NCBI GenBank assembly: GCA_009886035.1
Contig: VFJN01000090.1
Coordinates: 1 to 63,008, forward strand
Source of the DNA: Actinomycetota bacterium
GTDB taxonomy: Bacteria; Actinomycetota; Acidimicrobiia; Acidimicrobiales; VFJN01
Direction: 5' to 3'
Length of the DNA: 63,008 bases
The position numbers and the translations under genes are program-made. Each line of letters opens with the position of its first letter. Position 1 is the first letter of the stretch. Below are positions 19,203-28,441 of the stretch, piece after piece. A model generated the notes under the pieces. It worked only from the letters and a program-made list of their open reading frames with translations, searched no databases and had not been told where the DNA came from.

Positions 19203-19420
19203 CGCTCACTCCTTTTGCGCCACCGCGTTCGGCGTCACATGCATGACCGGCTCGAAGGCCACCGGTGCCACCACCCGGGCTTCACCGCGAACCGTGGCCC
19301 GAAGATCCCTTCGGCACGCCGGGCACGGTCCGTAGTACGGGCCATCGGAGGGTTGGGCACAACGCGGGCAGGTCATGGTCATACCCGCCAGGTTCCCACG
19401 AGGGGGTACCTTGCTACGCC

Positions 19421-21343
19421 ATGTCCGTCGCCATCCCCCCGTTCCTCCGCCGCCACTGGCCCGCCCTGGTGCTGGCTGCGCTCGCCGCCGCGGTGGCGGC
19501 CTGGGCGCGTTATCGGATCTATCCCGGGCTGTCCTTCAACCGGGACGAGGCCGTGTACCTCTGGCAGGTGGAGACCCTCGACCAGGGATTCCTGAAGTCA
19601 ACCGATGGCGGTCGCCCCGGCCTGTTCCTGCCCTGGCTCTCCGGGGCCCGAGATGGATCGCTGTTCACCCAGTACACCCTCGGATGGCCCCTGGTTCTGC
19701 TGGCGGCCAAAGTCCTCACCGGTTCCGTCGCCTCCGCTTTGTATGCCGGGGCCAGCCTGGCGGTGATCGGCACCTATGCCTTTGCCTGGGAGGTCACCCA
19801 GCGACGAGCCACCGCCATCCTGGCGGCCACTTGTATGGTCGCCTCGCCCATCGTGGCGATCCAGGGCGGGATCTATCTCAGTTACCTCTTCACGCTCGGA
19901 CTGGGGTTGCTCTTCGGCGTGGGCCTGCTCTCGGGGATCCGCACGGGCCGCCCCGGGCGCGTGGTGATCGCCGGCGCCCTGCTGGGATGGATCTTCTTCA
20001 CCCGCCCCTACGACGGGCTGCTCTGGGGGATCACCTTCGGGCTCTACGCCATCATCGCCACGCGCCATCAGTGGCGGCTGCTCGTGCGTCCCTTCCTGCT
20101 CGTGGCCATCGGAGCCACGCCGCTGGTGCTGGCCACCATGGCCTACAACCGGAGCACGACCGGAGCGCCGCTGGCCTTCCCGATCACTGCTGTTGATCCG
20201 CTGGACACCTTCGGATTCGGGCTGCGCCGGATGATGCCGGGCTCCGGCAGCACCCAGTACTCGCTCCCCGCCGGGCTCTACGCCCTGGCCAAGCACGCCT
20301 TCTTCTTCCCCTGGTTCCTCCTCGGGAGTTATCTCGGAATCGGGGTGGCTGCCGCCGGTCTCTGGAGGGCCCGTCACCGCCAGACCACCCTGCTCATTGT
20401 GATGATGGGGCTGATGTTTCCCCTCGGCTACCTGCCCTTTTGGGGGACGTGGGTGTCGGGGCAGTTCACCCGGGTGAGTGGACCGATCTACTACCTCCCT
20501 CTCTACACGAGCATCGTCGTGCTCATCGCTATTGCTCTCGTCGAGTGGTATCCGCGCCACCATGCCGGGGTGAGCGCCCTCGGCGTGGCCCTCGTGCTGG
20601 CCACCCTCCCCCCGGCGATCAGTCGACTTCACATCAACAACCACCTGAGCACCCCCCAGCAGGCGTGGCTACGCAGCGTTGAGGCCATCGACGGCCCCGC
20701 CATCGTTTTCGTCGGCGACACGAAGGGTCACCTGTTGTTCCTCAACCCCTTCAGCGCCAACGGCCCCCAGCTGAACGACCGCATCCTCTACGCCGTGGAT
20801 CAACGCCCCGACATGCTCGACCTCATCGCCGACGAGCCCGACCGTCGCCCCTACCTCCAGTGGGCCAGCGCCTCCCAAGAGGACCTCGGCCCGAAAGAGA
20901 AACCCGTCTCCTTCGATGTGGTGCTCGAGCCGGTCACCGTGGCACGCGGGGCCACCCTGGACCTCCAGGTGACCGCCGGCGACCCCCACGGTGAGTCGGT
21001 GGTGGCGATCGAGGTGCGGGTGGATGGCCAGTCCATCCGACGCCACGCGCCAGCCGGTACGCCACTGCCTCCGCTCACCATCGGGCCCCCGGGCGGCACC
21101 GCCGATCTCATCCTGCCGCCGCGAGGGGTACTGGTGATCACCCTCGGGTACGGGGCCACCGAAGAGGCGGCGCTCACATCGCCGCGAGCCCAACACCGCA
21201 TGGTGTTCCGACGGGTGGGTTCCGAGGTGGAGGTGTTGGTACCTGCCAATCGATTTGTCTACGAAAAACTCCTGGACCGCTCGGAGTGGCGACACCGATT
21301 GATCACTCCCGACCTTGCGGTGGCAATCACTCCGTCGGGCTGA
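19421..21343 (+). CDS. GT-C glycosyltransferase candidate (ArnT/PMT-like, families 39/83) with a C-terminal soluble domain
   Basis: I prefer the ATG at 19421 ('MSVAIPPFLRRHWPALVLAALAAA'). The first-loop 'FNRDEAVYLWQ' (D-E motif) is followed by about 11 TM helices and a roughly 200-aa tail. Confidence 0.7.
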   Translation: MSVAIPPFLRRHWPALVLAALAAAVAAWARYRIYPGLSFNRDEAVYLWQVETLDQGFLKSTDGGRPGLFLPWLSGARDGSLFTQYTLGWPLVLLAAKVLTGSVASALYAGASLAVIGTYAFAWEVTQRRATAILAATCMVASPIVAIQGGIYLSYLFTLGLGLLFGVGLLSGIRTGRPGRVVIAGALLGWIFFTRPYDGLLWGITFGLYAIIATRHQWRLLVRPFLLVAIGATPLVLATMAYNRSTTGAPLAFPITAVDPLDTFGFGLRRMMPGSGSTQYSLPAGLYALAKHAFFFPWFLLGSYLGIGVAAAGLWRARHRQTTLLIVMMGLMFPLGYLPFWGTWVSGQFTRVSGPIYYLPLYTSIVVLIAIALVEWYPRHHAGVSALGVALVLATLPPAISRLHINNHLSTPQQAWLRSVEAIDGPAIVFVGDTKGHLLFLNPFSANGPQLNDRILYAVDQRPDMLDLIADEPDRRPYLQWASASQEDLGPKEKPVSFDVVLEPVTVARGATLDLQVTAGDPHGESVVAIEVRVDGQSIRRHAPAGTPLPPLTIGPPGGTADLILPPRGVLVITLGYGATEEAALTSPRAQHRMVFRRVGSEVEVLVPANRFVYEKLLDRSEWRHRLITPDLAVAITPSG

Positions 21344-24300
21344 CCTCACCCCGGCTGAGGAGGAGTTCGACCGCCAACGCCACCAAAGACAACCAAGCCA
21401 CCGACGGCCGCTCCAACACACGGCTGGCCACCAGTGCCGTAGGCGCCACCACCACGAGAACCAACCGGCCTCGACGCATTCCTCCCGCCACCGCGGTGAG
21501 TAGACCAGCGGCCACCACCATCGGCACCGCCGGAGTAGCCACCAGGAATGCACCCCCGCTCACCACCAGCGCCGCCCCTGCCACCCGGCTCCAGGGTTGA
21601 GTGGAAGCGGTGAAGGGCGAGCGAAAGGCGGGTACCGCCCGGCCCGATTCCATCGCCCCACCCCGCCGTCGAAAAAGAACGATGCCGCACCCGATGGCGG
21701 CGAGGCCTGAACTAGCCAAGCCGATACCCACGAGCCGCTGGGGGGTCCACCGCAGCGACACCGTGACCGGGCCCGGACCCCGGGGGGTAAGGACCCACCC
21801 ATTGGCGTACCCGTCCACCAAGGTGCGTTCACCGACGGTTCCGTTATCGACCGCGATGGTCCATCCATCACTCGCGCTTTCGCCCAACACGAACCAGAAC
21901 GGGGTGCCCTCGGCGTCGACGACCGCCCTCACCGTGGACGACCCCAACTCGGTGATGGTCACCGCGGGAGCGCCGGCTATCCCCGGCCCGCGAGGGGCGA
22001 CGGTGGTGGCCTCTCCATCGGCATCGGTCGAGAGCACGATCTGATCGATGTTCCAACCGGTCAGGGCGCCGGGCGCGGCGGTGACCCGGTGGCTCCCGGC
22101 GGCGAGGTTGACCGGAGTGCAGGTGGTGAAAGCCACCGTCGAAGCCAACCCGGCCGCGAGCTGCACCGCCACGGCCACTCCGTCGATCTCCACGAGATCG
22201 TCCCGGCACTCCGCCCCCGCCACCGCCGGCGCGCCGGAAGCAGTTCGAGCGGTGCCCTGCATCCGAAAGGATCGGTTCAGGGGGAGTTCGAATCGGCGAT
22301 CCAGGCTGGCTTCATCATCGAGGCGATCCGTACCGGGCAAGAACAGCCGGAGGCGAGTGAGCACCACATCGAGGCTGTGGCCTTCGAGATCGTCGCCCAC
22401 GCGATTGAGCAGATCCACGGGGAGACGCACCACTTCAGACACCACCGTGTTGCCGATGCCAATCTCGGCGAAACCCACCGGCGCCTGCGGGTCACCGCCA
22501 CCCCCGTCGGTCGTCCCGGTGATCTCCACCCGTAGACGGGCTACCGACTGGGGCGGGATGGCCACCAACTGCCCGGACCCCTCCAACGACTCCGGACCCA
22601 ACACCACGGTGAAAGGGGTCTCGTCACCCACGGCGATTCGGGCGGTGCGCACCGCCCGACCCACGCGAGCCGACGACGGCTGACGAAGCCGCACCCCATC
22701 CACCCTCGGCGCCGGATCAGGAGCCACCACGATGAACTGGCCGCGCGGATCGGCGCCCCCCACGCGCCACGAAGTGGCGGGGTCGCCATCGACGGCGTTG
22801 GCGCCACGATCCTCGGGGCGCTCGGGCCCGCCATCACCACTTACCTCCACGCGGCCGCCCACCTGCTCCACCACCGAGCGGTCATTGTCAGTCGAGCCCG
22901 GGAAGGGGTCCAGGCGGAAGTCGTAGCCAGTGGGGTCAACGGCGGTCTCGCCCGCTCGTTCGGTGTGACCGCGACTATCTCGCAAGGCGTAGAACCAGGT
23001 CTGGATACGACGACGATTGGAATCGGTGAGCACCAGATGGGCCGATGCGGCCAGGGCCTCGCCCACCTGTTCGTCACTCAGCGCCGCCGATTCGAGCACG
23101 ATCGAATTGCCGTCCAGTAATCCGGCCGTGGCGGCATCCACGATGCCGCTCCCATCACCATCGAGAACCACCGGCCCCACCGTGGGTGCCGTGCGCACAA
23201 TGCGCCGGGGCGACTCCACCCCAAACAACGCCACCGACGGCAGATCCGGGTTCTGACCATCCCCGCCCGGAGGGCCATACCGCTGCGGGGGGGCCAATCC
23301 GGGGGCGTGAATCAGGGCCTCCCAGACGGGCCCCGGCGGGGGCGAAAAGCCACGCGCCGGATCTTCGAGGTCGGCCCGCAAGGAAACCGTACCCACACCC
23401 AACAAGCGGGCCAGCGGGGCGATCGAGAGCGGATCGAGCACCCCGAGTTGGGCCTGACGGTCAAGCGCATCGAGCAGGTTCACCGAGGCCGGGGTGCCGT
23501 AGGGCAACACCTCCCGGGCCAAATAGGGGCGATCGGTAAGACCCGGCGTAAGCGGGTCCACCAGATTGCCCCAGCGATAGCCGGCGAAGTTGGACCCGGG
23601 TAATTCGAGGATTCTGGTGGTGTGGTCGCCGGCATCGAGGGACTTCACCGCCTCGATCCAGTAGGACGGGATCTCCTCGGGTCGATCCTGCCCCGCCGAG
23701 AGGTACCCGCCCTGGCCCACCGGCAACAACGCGCCCACCGCCAGGACCGCCACGGCCGCCGCACCCGCCCGAGTCCAACTGCGGCGCGGGATTGCCGCCA
23801 CGCCGGCGGCGCACAGGCCGGCCAAGCCCAACACGATGAGTGGAACCGCTCGCGGACTGTTGCGAAAGGCCAACCCGAGAGAGGTTTCGGTGGTGAATAC
23901 CTTCCAGGCCCGCCCGTAGGGGGTGGGATCCTCAAAGGGCCAGGAGCCCACAGAGATCACGGTGCCCACGAGCACCAGAAGGCTGAAATACACCCGGTAG
24001 GACCAGCGCAGGAGCAGGGCCACCACCAGGCCCACCACCGGGACGGCGTAGGTCAGGCCCAGCACCAGGGGGTCTCGTAGGTAGACCGATGCCTGTTCGA
24101 GAGAGAACCCGGAGAGATCTCGACCGTAAAAGAACCAGTTGCCGAGACCGCGCAGCACGTCCCCGGGGGTCGACCACTCCGCCACGGTGGCCAAATTTTC
24201 CGTGAGTTGTAGCACCGGAAGCCCATAACGACCCTGCAGGCGCAAACCAACCAGCCACCAGGCCGACACCCCGACGCTTACGAGCACCAACCGTCCGGCG

Positions 24301-24932
24301 CTCGCCAGCACCGCCCGAGGATGGCCCCGGAACCCTTCGAGCACGAGCCAGAGCAATGGCGCCACGCCTACCAGCAACAGCGACGAAGCGTTGATGCCGC
24401 CGGCCAGCAACAACACCACTCCGATCCCGGCGGGAGCCCGCCAATCTCGGTCCCGGGTCGCGCGCATCGTAAGACCCACGATCCACGGCAAGGCCACCCA
24501 CGGCACCAAGAGCACCGACATTCGCGCCGTGAAGGCCAGTTGGTACGGGGTGAACCCGTAGATGAGCGCCCCCGCCAACGCCCCCGCCCGGCCCGGGCCA
24601 AGTTGCAAGAACAGCCAGCGGGCGCCCACCACGGCCAGAAACGTGAGCGTGCCTAGCCACAGTCTCTGCGCAATCCAGTCCGGCATCCCCAACCGGTCCA
24701 AACCCCAAAAGATGGGGGCGACCGGGAAGGCGTAACCGAGGTGCTGGTGGGGCACCGTGCCCGCCCCGATACTCGGATCCCAGAGCTGCAGGGTGCGGCG
24801 CAGGAACGCTCCGGGATCAAGGTACAGGTACTGCTTACTGTCGGCGCTCACCCGCCCCGGCGAAGACCACAAAAACGGGAGATACACCAGAGCCGCCACC
24901 ACGACCAGTTCGGGTTTGCACCGGCGACGCAC
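21327..24932 (-). CDS. AftD-like giant GT-C membrane glycosyltransferase with a discoidin (F5/8 type C)-like carbohydrate-binding module
   Basis: N-terminal 'SPGRVSADSKQYLYLDPGAFLRRTLQLWDPSIGAGTVPHQHLGYAFP' matches the AftD N-terminus as I recall it ('SPGqispDTKlDL..nP..FL.ral.lW'). It has multiple TM helices, the motif 'NAVDGDPATSWRV', and C-terminal TM helices. Start set at GTG 24932, because the upstream 180 codons of the ORF run antisense through the oxidoreductase gene. Confidence 0.72.
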   Translation of the reverse strand: MRRRCKPELVVVAALVYLPFLWSSPGRVSADSKQYLYLDPGAFLRRTLQLWDPSIGAGTVPHQHLGYAFPVAPIFWGLDRLGMPDWIAQRLWLGTLTFLAVVGARWLFLQLGPGRAGALAGALIYGFTPYQLAFTARMSVLLVPWVALPWIVGLTMRATRDRDWRAPAGIGVVLLLAGGINASSLLLVGVAPLLWLVLEGFRGHPRAVLASAGRLVLVSVGVSAWWLVGLRLQGRYGLPVLQLTENLATVAEWSTPGDVLRGLGNWFFYGRDLSGFSLEQASVYLRDPLVLGLTYAVPVVGLVVALLLRWSYRVYFSLLVLVGTVISVGSWPFEDPTPYGRAWKVFTTETSLGLAFRNSPRAVPLIVLGLAGLCAAGVAAIPRRSWTRAGAAAVAVLAVGALLPVGQGGYLSAGQDRPEEIPSYWIEAVKSLDAGDHTTRILELPGSNFAGYRWGNLVDPLTPGLTDRPYLAREVLPYGTPASVNLLDALDRQAQLGVLDPLSIAPLARLLGVGTVSLRADLEDPARGFSPPPGPVWEALIHAPGLAPPQRYGPPGGDGQNPDLPSVALFGVESPRRIVRTAPTVGPVVLDGDGSGIVDAATAGLLDGNSIVLESAALSDEQVGEALAASAHLVLTDSNRRRIQTWFYALRDSRGHTERAGETAVDPTGYDFRLDPFPGSTDNDRSVVEQVGGRVEVSGDGGPERPEDRGANAVDGDPATSWRVGGADPRGQFIVVAPDPAPRVDGVRLRQPSSARVGRAVRTARIAVGDETPFTVVLGPESLEGSGQLVAIPPQSVARLRVEITGTTDGGGGDPQAPVGFAEIGIGNTVVSEVVRLPVDLLNRVGDDLEGHSLDVVLTRLRLFLPGTDRLDDEASLDRRFELPLNRSFRMQGTARTASGAPAVAGAECRDDLVEIDGVAVAVQLAAGLASTVAFTTCTPVNLAAGSHRVTAAPGALTGWNIDQIVLSTDADGEATTVAPRGPGIAGAPAVTITELGSSTVRAVVDAEGTPFWFVLGESASDGWTIAVDNGTVGERTLVDGYANGWVLTPRGPGPVTVSLRWTPQRLVGIGLASSGLAAIGCGIVLFRRRGGAMESGRAVPAFRSPFTASTQPWSRVAGAALVVSGGAFLVATPAVPMVVAAGLLTAVAGGMRRGRLVLVVVAPTALVASRVLERPSVAWLSLVALAVELLLSRGEVSPTE

Positions 24933-24992
24933 AACGGGCCACGGTAGTTGCCCCGCACCCCTCGCACCGCCTGCCAGAAAGCATCGCTGCCC

Positions 24993-26492
24993 ATGCCCGC
25001 ACCGACCGACTCGTCCGCCCCCCCCCACGACCCTGGCCGCGTGGTGATCATCGGCGCTGGTCCGGCTGGGCTCACCGCCGCGTATCAGTTGGGCAAGGCC
25101 GGACACCCCTGCACCATCCTGGAGGGCATGGGCGTCGTGGGAGGCATCAGCCAGACCGTGGTGCGCGACGGTTGGCGATTCGACATCGGCGGTCATCGCT
25201 TCTTCACCAAGGTGCCCGAAGTGGAAGCGCTGTGGCACGAAATCCTGCCCGATGAAGATTTCCTGCTGCGACCCCGGGCGAGCCGCATCTACTACCAGGG
25301 AAAGTTTTACGCCTACCCGATCAAACCCTTGAACGCCCTCCGCAACCTCGGCCTCATCGAGGCCACTCGCTGCGTGCTTTCCTACGGTTGGGTGCGGATC
25401 CACCCGCCCGCCGATCAGAGCACCCTGGAGGGATACATCGCCACCAACTACGGATGGCGCCTCTACGGGCATTTCTTTCGGACGTACAGCGAGAAGGTGT
25501 GGGGGGTACCGCCGTCGCAGATCTCCGCCGAGTGGGGCGCCCAGCGCATCAAGGGGATGTCGCTATTCAAGGCCGTATGGGAACCACTACGCGCCCGCCT
25601 CGCCGGCCGGCGCGCCGGCCGCCAGCAGGTCACCAGCCTCATCGAGGAATTTCAGTACCCCAAGTTTGGTCCCGGGATGATGTGGGAACGCTGCCAGGAT
25701 CTCGTGGTCGAGCAAGGATCGACGATCCGGTTCCACGCGCCGGTGACGCGCATCGCGCATCGAGATGGACTTGCCGTGTCGGTCTCCACCCCCGACGATC
25801 TCCACGAGGTCGACCATGTGATTTCCTCCATGCCCTTCAACGCGCTGCTGCGCGCCATGGACCCCCCGGTACCGGCACCGGTGCTGGCCGCCGCCAATGA
25901 TCTCGGCTTCCGAGATTTCCTCTCGGTGGCCCTGGTGGTCCCCGCCGACAAGGTGGCCTGGACCGACAACTGGATCTACATCCATGCCCCCGAGGTCAAG
26001 ACGATGCGCGTGCAGAACTTCGGTTCCTGGTCGCCCCACATGGTCAAAGACGGCCACAACGTCCTCGGCCTGGAGTACACCGTGGAGCAGGGCGACGAGT
26101 GGTGGAACGCCAGCGACGAGGAACTCATCGAAAAGGGCAAAACGGAGTTGGAAGCGCTCGGACTCATGCAGGCCAGTGATGTCGAGGCGGGCTACGTGGT
26201 GCGCATGCCCAAGGCGTACCCCCTCTACGACGCCACCTACAAGGCCAACGTCGAGACGCTGAGAGACTGGCTCCGCCAGAACGCCTCCAATGTGCATCCG
26301 GTGGGACGTAACGGCATGCACAAGTACAACAACCAGGACCACTCGATGTACACGGCGATGCTGACCGTGGAGAACCTGCTCGGTGCCTCCCACGACATCT
26401 GGGACGTCAACGTGGAGGAGGAGTACCACGAGGAGTCATCCGGCAAGGGCGGCACCGGGCGCGATGCTCCCATCCTCCCCAAGCGCGCTTAG
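24993..26492 (+). CDS. FAD/NAD(P)-binding oxidoreductase (amine-oxidase/UDP-galactopyranose-mutase-like fold)
   Basis: Rossmann dinucleotide motif 'VVIIGAGPAGLTAAYQL' and C-terminal 'HPVGRNGMHKYNNQDHSMYTAMLTVENL'. About 499 aa from the ATG at 24993. Confidence 0.8.
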   Translation: MPAPTDSSAPPHDPGRVVIIGAGPAGLTAAYQLGKAGHPCTILEGMGVVGGISQTVVRDGWRFDIGGHRFFTKVPEVEALWHEILPDEDFLLRPRASRIYYQGKFYAYPIKPLNALRNLGLIEATRCVLSYGWVRIHPPADQSTLEGYIATNYGWRLYGHFFRTYSEKVWGVPPSQISAEWGAQRIKGMSLFKAVWEPLRARLAGRRAGRQQVTSLIEEFQYPKFGPGMMWERCQDLVVEQGSTIRFHAPVTRIAHRDGLAVSVSTPDDLHEVDHVISSMPFNALLRAMDPPVPAPVLAAANDLGFRDFLSVALVVPADKVAWTDNWIYIHAPEVKTMRVQNFGSWSPHMVKDGHNVLGLEYTVEQGDEWWNASDEELIEKGKTELEALGLMQASDVEAGYVVRMPKAYPLYDATYKANVETLRDWLRQNASNVHPVGRNGMHKYNNQDHSMYTAMLTVENLLGASHDIWDVNVEEEYHEESSGKGGTGRDAPILPKRA

Positions 26493-27223
26493 CGACCCCG
26501 CCGGAACACTCGATCTCGCAGGGCCCACCAGGTAACCAGGAACATGGCTTCGGCCACGATCCGTGACGACATCTTGGAGGTGCCGCGCACCCGGTCGGAG
26601 AAGATGATCGGCACCTCTGTGATCAACCCCCCCACCCGACGGACGCGGTAGGCCATCTCCACCTGGAAGGCGTAGCCATCGGCGCTGGTGGTCTGGTACT
26701 CGATGGCCCGGAGCAATTCGGCCCGGTAGGCACGAAACCCTGCGGTGGCATCCCGCACGCCGAGACCTAACACCATGCCGGCATACCGGTTTCCCCACCG
26801 CGACAAAAGGCGCCGCCGCAGAGGCCAATGCGGGGTGCCGCCGCCACTTACGTAGCGAGAGCCCACCGCCAGCGACGCACCGTTGTCCACTGCGTCCAGC
26901 AGACGCGGTACATCGGCGGGGTTGTGGGATAGGTCGGCATCCATCTCCACCAACACGTCGTAGCCCCTCTCGATACCCCACTCGAAGCCGGCCCGATAGG
27001 CGCCGCCCAGCCCCGACTTGTGGGGGCGGCGCAACACGGAAATCTGACCCAACGCCACCCCCGCCGACTCGGCGAGGTCCGCCGTGCCGTCGGGACTACC
27101 GTCGTCCACCACGAGAACCGAAACCTCGGGGGCCGCCGCCCGCACCTGCTCGAGAACCACCCCGATGTTTTCCGCCTCTTGGTAGGTGGGAATCACAACC
27201 AACGGGCGCGTCGAGCGGGGCAC
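26489..27223 (-). CDS. ppm1: Polyprenol-phosphate mannose synthase-like GT2 (Ppm1/DPM1 family)
   Basis: 244 aa with 'VVIPTYQEAENI', 'VVDDGSPDGT', 'GLGGAYRAGF', 'EMDADLSHNP'. These are the canonical soluble DPM1-type GT2 motifs. Confidence 0.82.
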   Translation of the reverse strand: MPRSTRPLVVIPTYQEAENIGVVLEQVRAAAPEVSVLVVDDGSPDGTADLAESAGVALGQISVLRRPHKSGLGGAYRAGFEWGIERGYDVLVEMDADLSHNPADVPRLLDAVDNGASLAVGSRYVSGGGTPHWPLRRRLLSRWGNRYAGMVLGLGVRDATAGFRAYRAELLRAIEYQTTSADGYAFQVEMAYRVRRVGGLITEVPIIFSDRVRGTSKMSSRIVAEAMFLVTWWALRDRVFRRGR

Positions 27224-27283
27224 CGCTGAACCTTAGCGGTGCCCATTCCCCCGCTGGAACCACCACTAAGGTCGGGAGTTCTG

Positions 27284-28441
27284 ATGTCCGAAACCACCCC
27301 TGATCGCCAGAAACTGGGCGACGTAGCCGCCGCCGCCGGCCTCCGCCGGATGCACGTACTCGCCTGGCGTGACCTCGACGACATCGAAGCCGGCGGATCG
27401 GAGGTACACGCCGCCGAGATTGCCTCGCGCTGGGCGGCCGCCGGCATCGACGTGGTGATGCGCACCTCTCATGCCCAGGGCCATCCCAGTCGGATCCAAC
27501 GCGACGGCTACCGGGTGATCCGTCGCCGGGGGCGCCACGTCGTATTCCTCGATGCGCCCCTGCAGGAACTCTGCCGAGTGGGTGGCCGCCGCGACGGGCT
27601 GTTGGAAGTTTGGAACGGGCTCCCCTTTTTCACCCCCCTGTGGGCCCGAGGGCCGCGCACCACCTTCATCCACCATGTCCACGGCGACATGTGGCGACAG
27701 GTCATGTCGCCCCGCCTCGCCCGCCTCGGTGAAGTGCTCGAACTGCGCGTGGCCCCCCGCGTCTATCAGCGTTCCCGCATCCTCACGCCATCGCCGTCGT
27801 CGCGGGAGCAGATCATTCGCCGCTTGGGGCTCTCCCCCGATCGGATCACGGCGGTGCCCAACGGCATCGACCCTCGCTTCTGCCCCGGGGGCACGCGCAG
27901 TACCGATCCGAAGGTACTGGTGGTAGGCCGACTCGTCCCCCACAAGCGCCTCGAGTGGATCATCGCGGCGGTGGTGGGCATCCGCCCTCGCCTCCCTGAC
28001 GTGCAGTTGGTCATTGTCGGAGAAGGGTACGAGCGCGGTGCCCTCACTCGTCTTGTGCACGACCAGCAAGCTGATGCCTTCGTGCACTTCGAGGGCCGCG
28101 TCTCCCCCGAGGCGCTGGTCGACCACTACCGATCAGCATGGCTCGTCGCCAGCGCCTCCTCCCACGAGGGCTGGGGCATGACCCTCACCGAGGCCGCCGC
28201 CTGCGGCACCCCGGCGGTGGCAACCCGAATCGATGGCCACGTCGATGTGGTGCAGGACCAACACTCGGGACTGCTCGCCGACAACCAGCACGAACTCACC
28301 GCCGCCATCGAGCACGTCCTCACTCATGGGGATCTCCGCCGCGCGCTGGGAGCCGCCGCCCAGACGCAGGCCGACGGGCTCACCTGGGATCGAACTGCCC
28401 TTGAGGTCTTACAGAGCGTGGCGGACCAATGCCTCCGGTAA
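27284..28441 (+). CDS. Glycosyltransferase family 4 (GT-B fold)
   Basis: C-terminal 'SSHEGWGMTLTEAAACGTPAVATRIDGHVDVV' (E-x7-E region) and 'VGRLVPHKR'. Alternative starts at 27239 and 27350. The stop overlaps the next gene by 13 nt. Confidence 0.85.
   Translation: MSETTPDRQKLGDVAAAAGLRRMHVLAWRDLDDIEAGGSEVHAAEIASRWAAAGIDVVMRTSHAQGHPSRIQRDGYRVIRRRGRHVVFLDAPLQELCRVGGRRDGLLEVWNGLPFFTPLWARGPRTTFIHHVHGDMWRQVMSPRLARLGEVLELRVAPRVYQRSRILTPSPSSREQIIRRLGLSPDRITAVPNGIDPRFCPGGTRSTDPKVLVVGRLVPHKRLEWIIAAVVGIRPRLPDVQLVIVGEGYERGALTRLVHDQQADAFVHFEGRVSPEALVDHYRSAWLVASASSHEGWGMTLTEAAACGTPAVATRIDGHVDVVQDQHSGLLADNQHELTAAIEHVLTHGDLRRALGAAAQTQADGLTWDRTALEVLQSVADQCLR

Noticed and set aside
24933-25472. N-terminal 180 codons of the 1381-aa minus-strand ORF.
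   Set aside because: They run antisense through the Rossmann-fold start of the FAD oxidoreductase gene. The AftD-type N-terminal motif starts only after the GTG at 24932.
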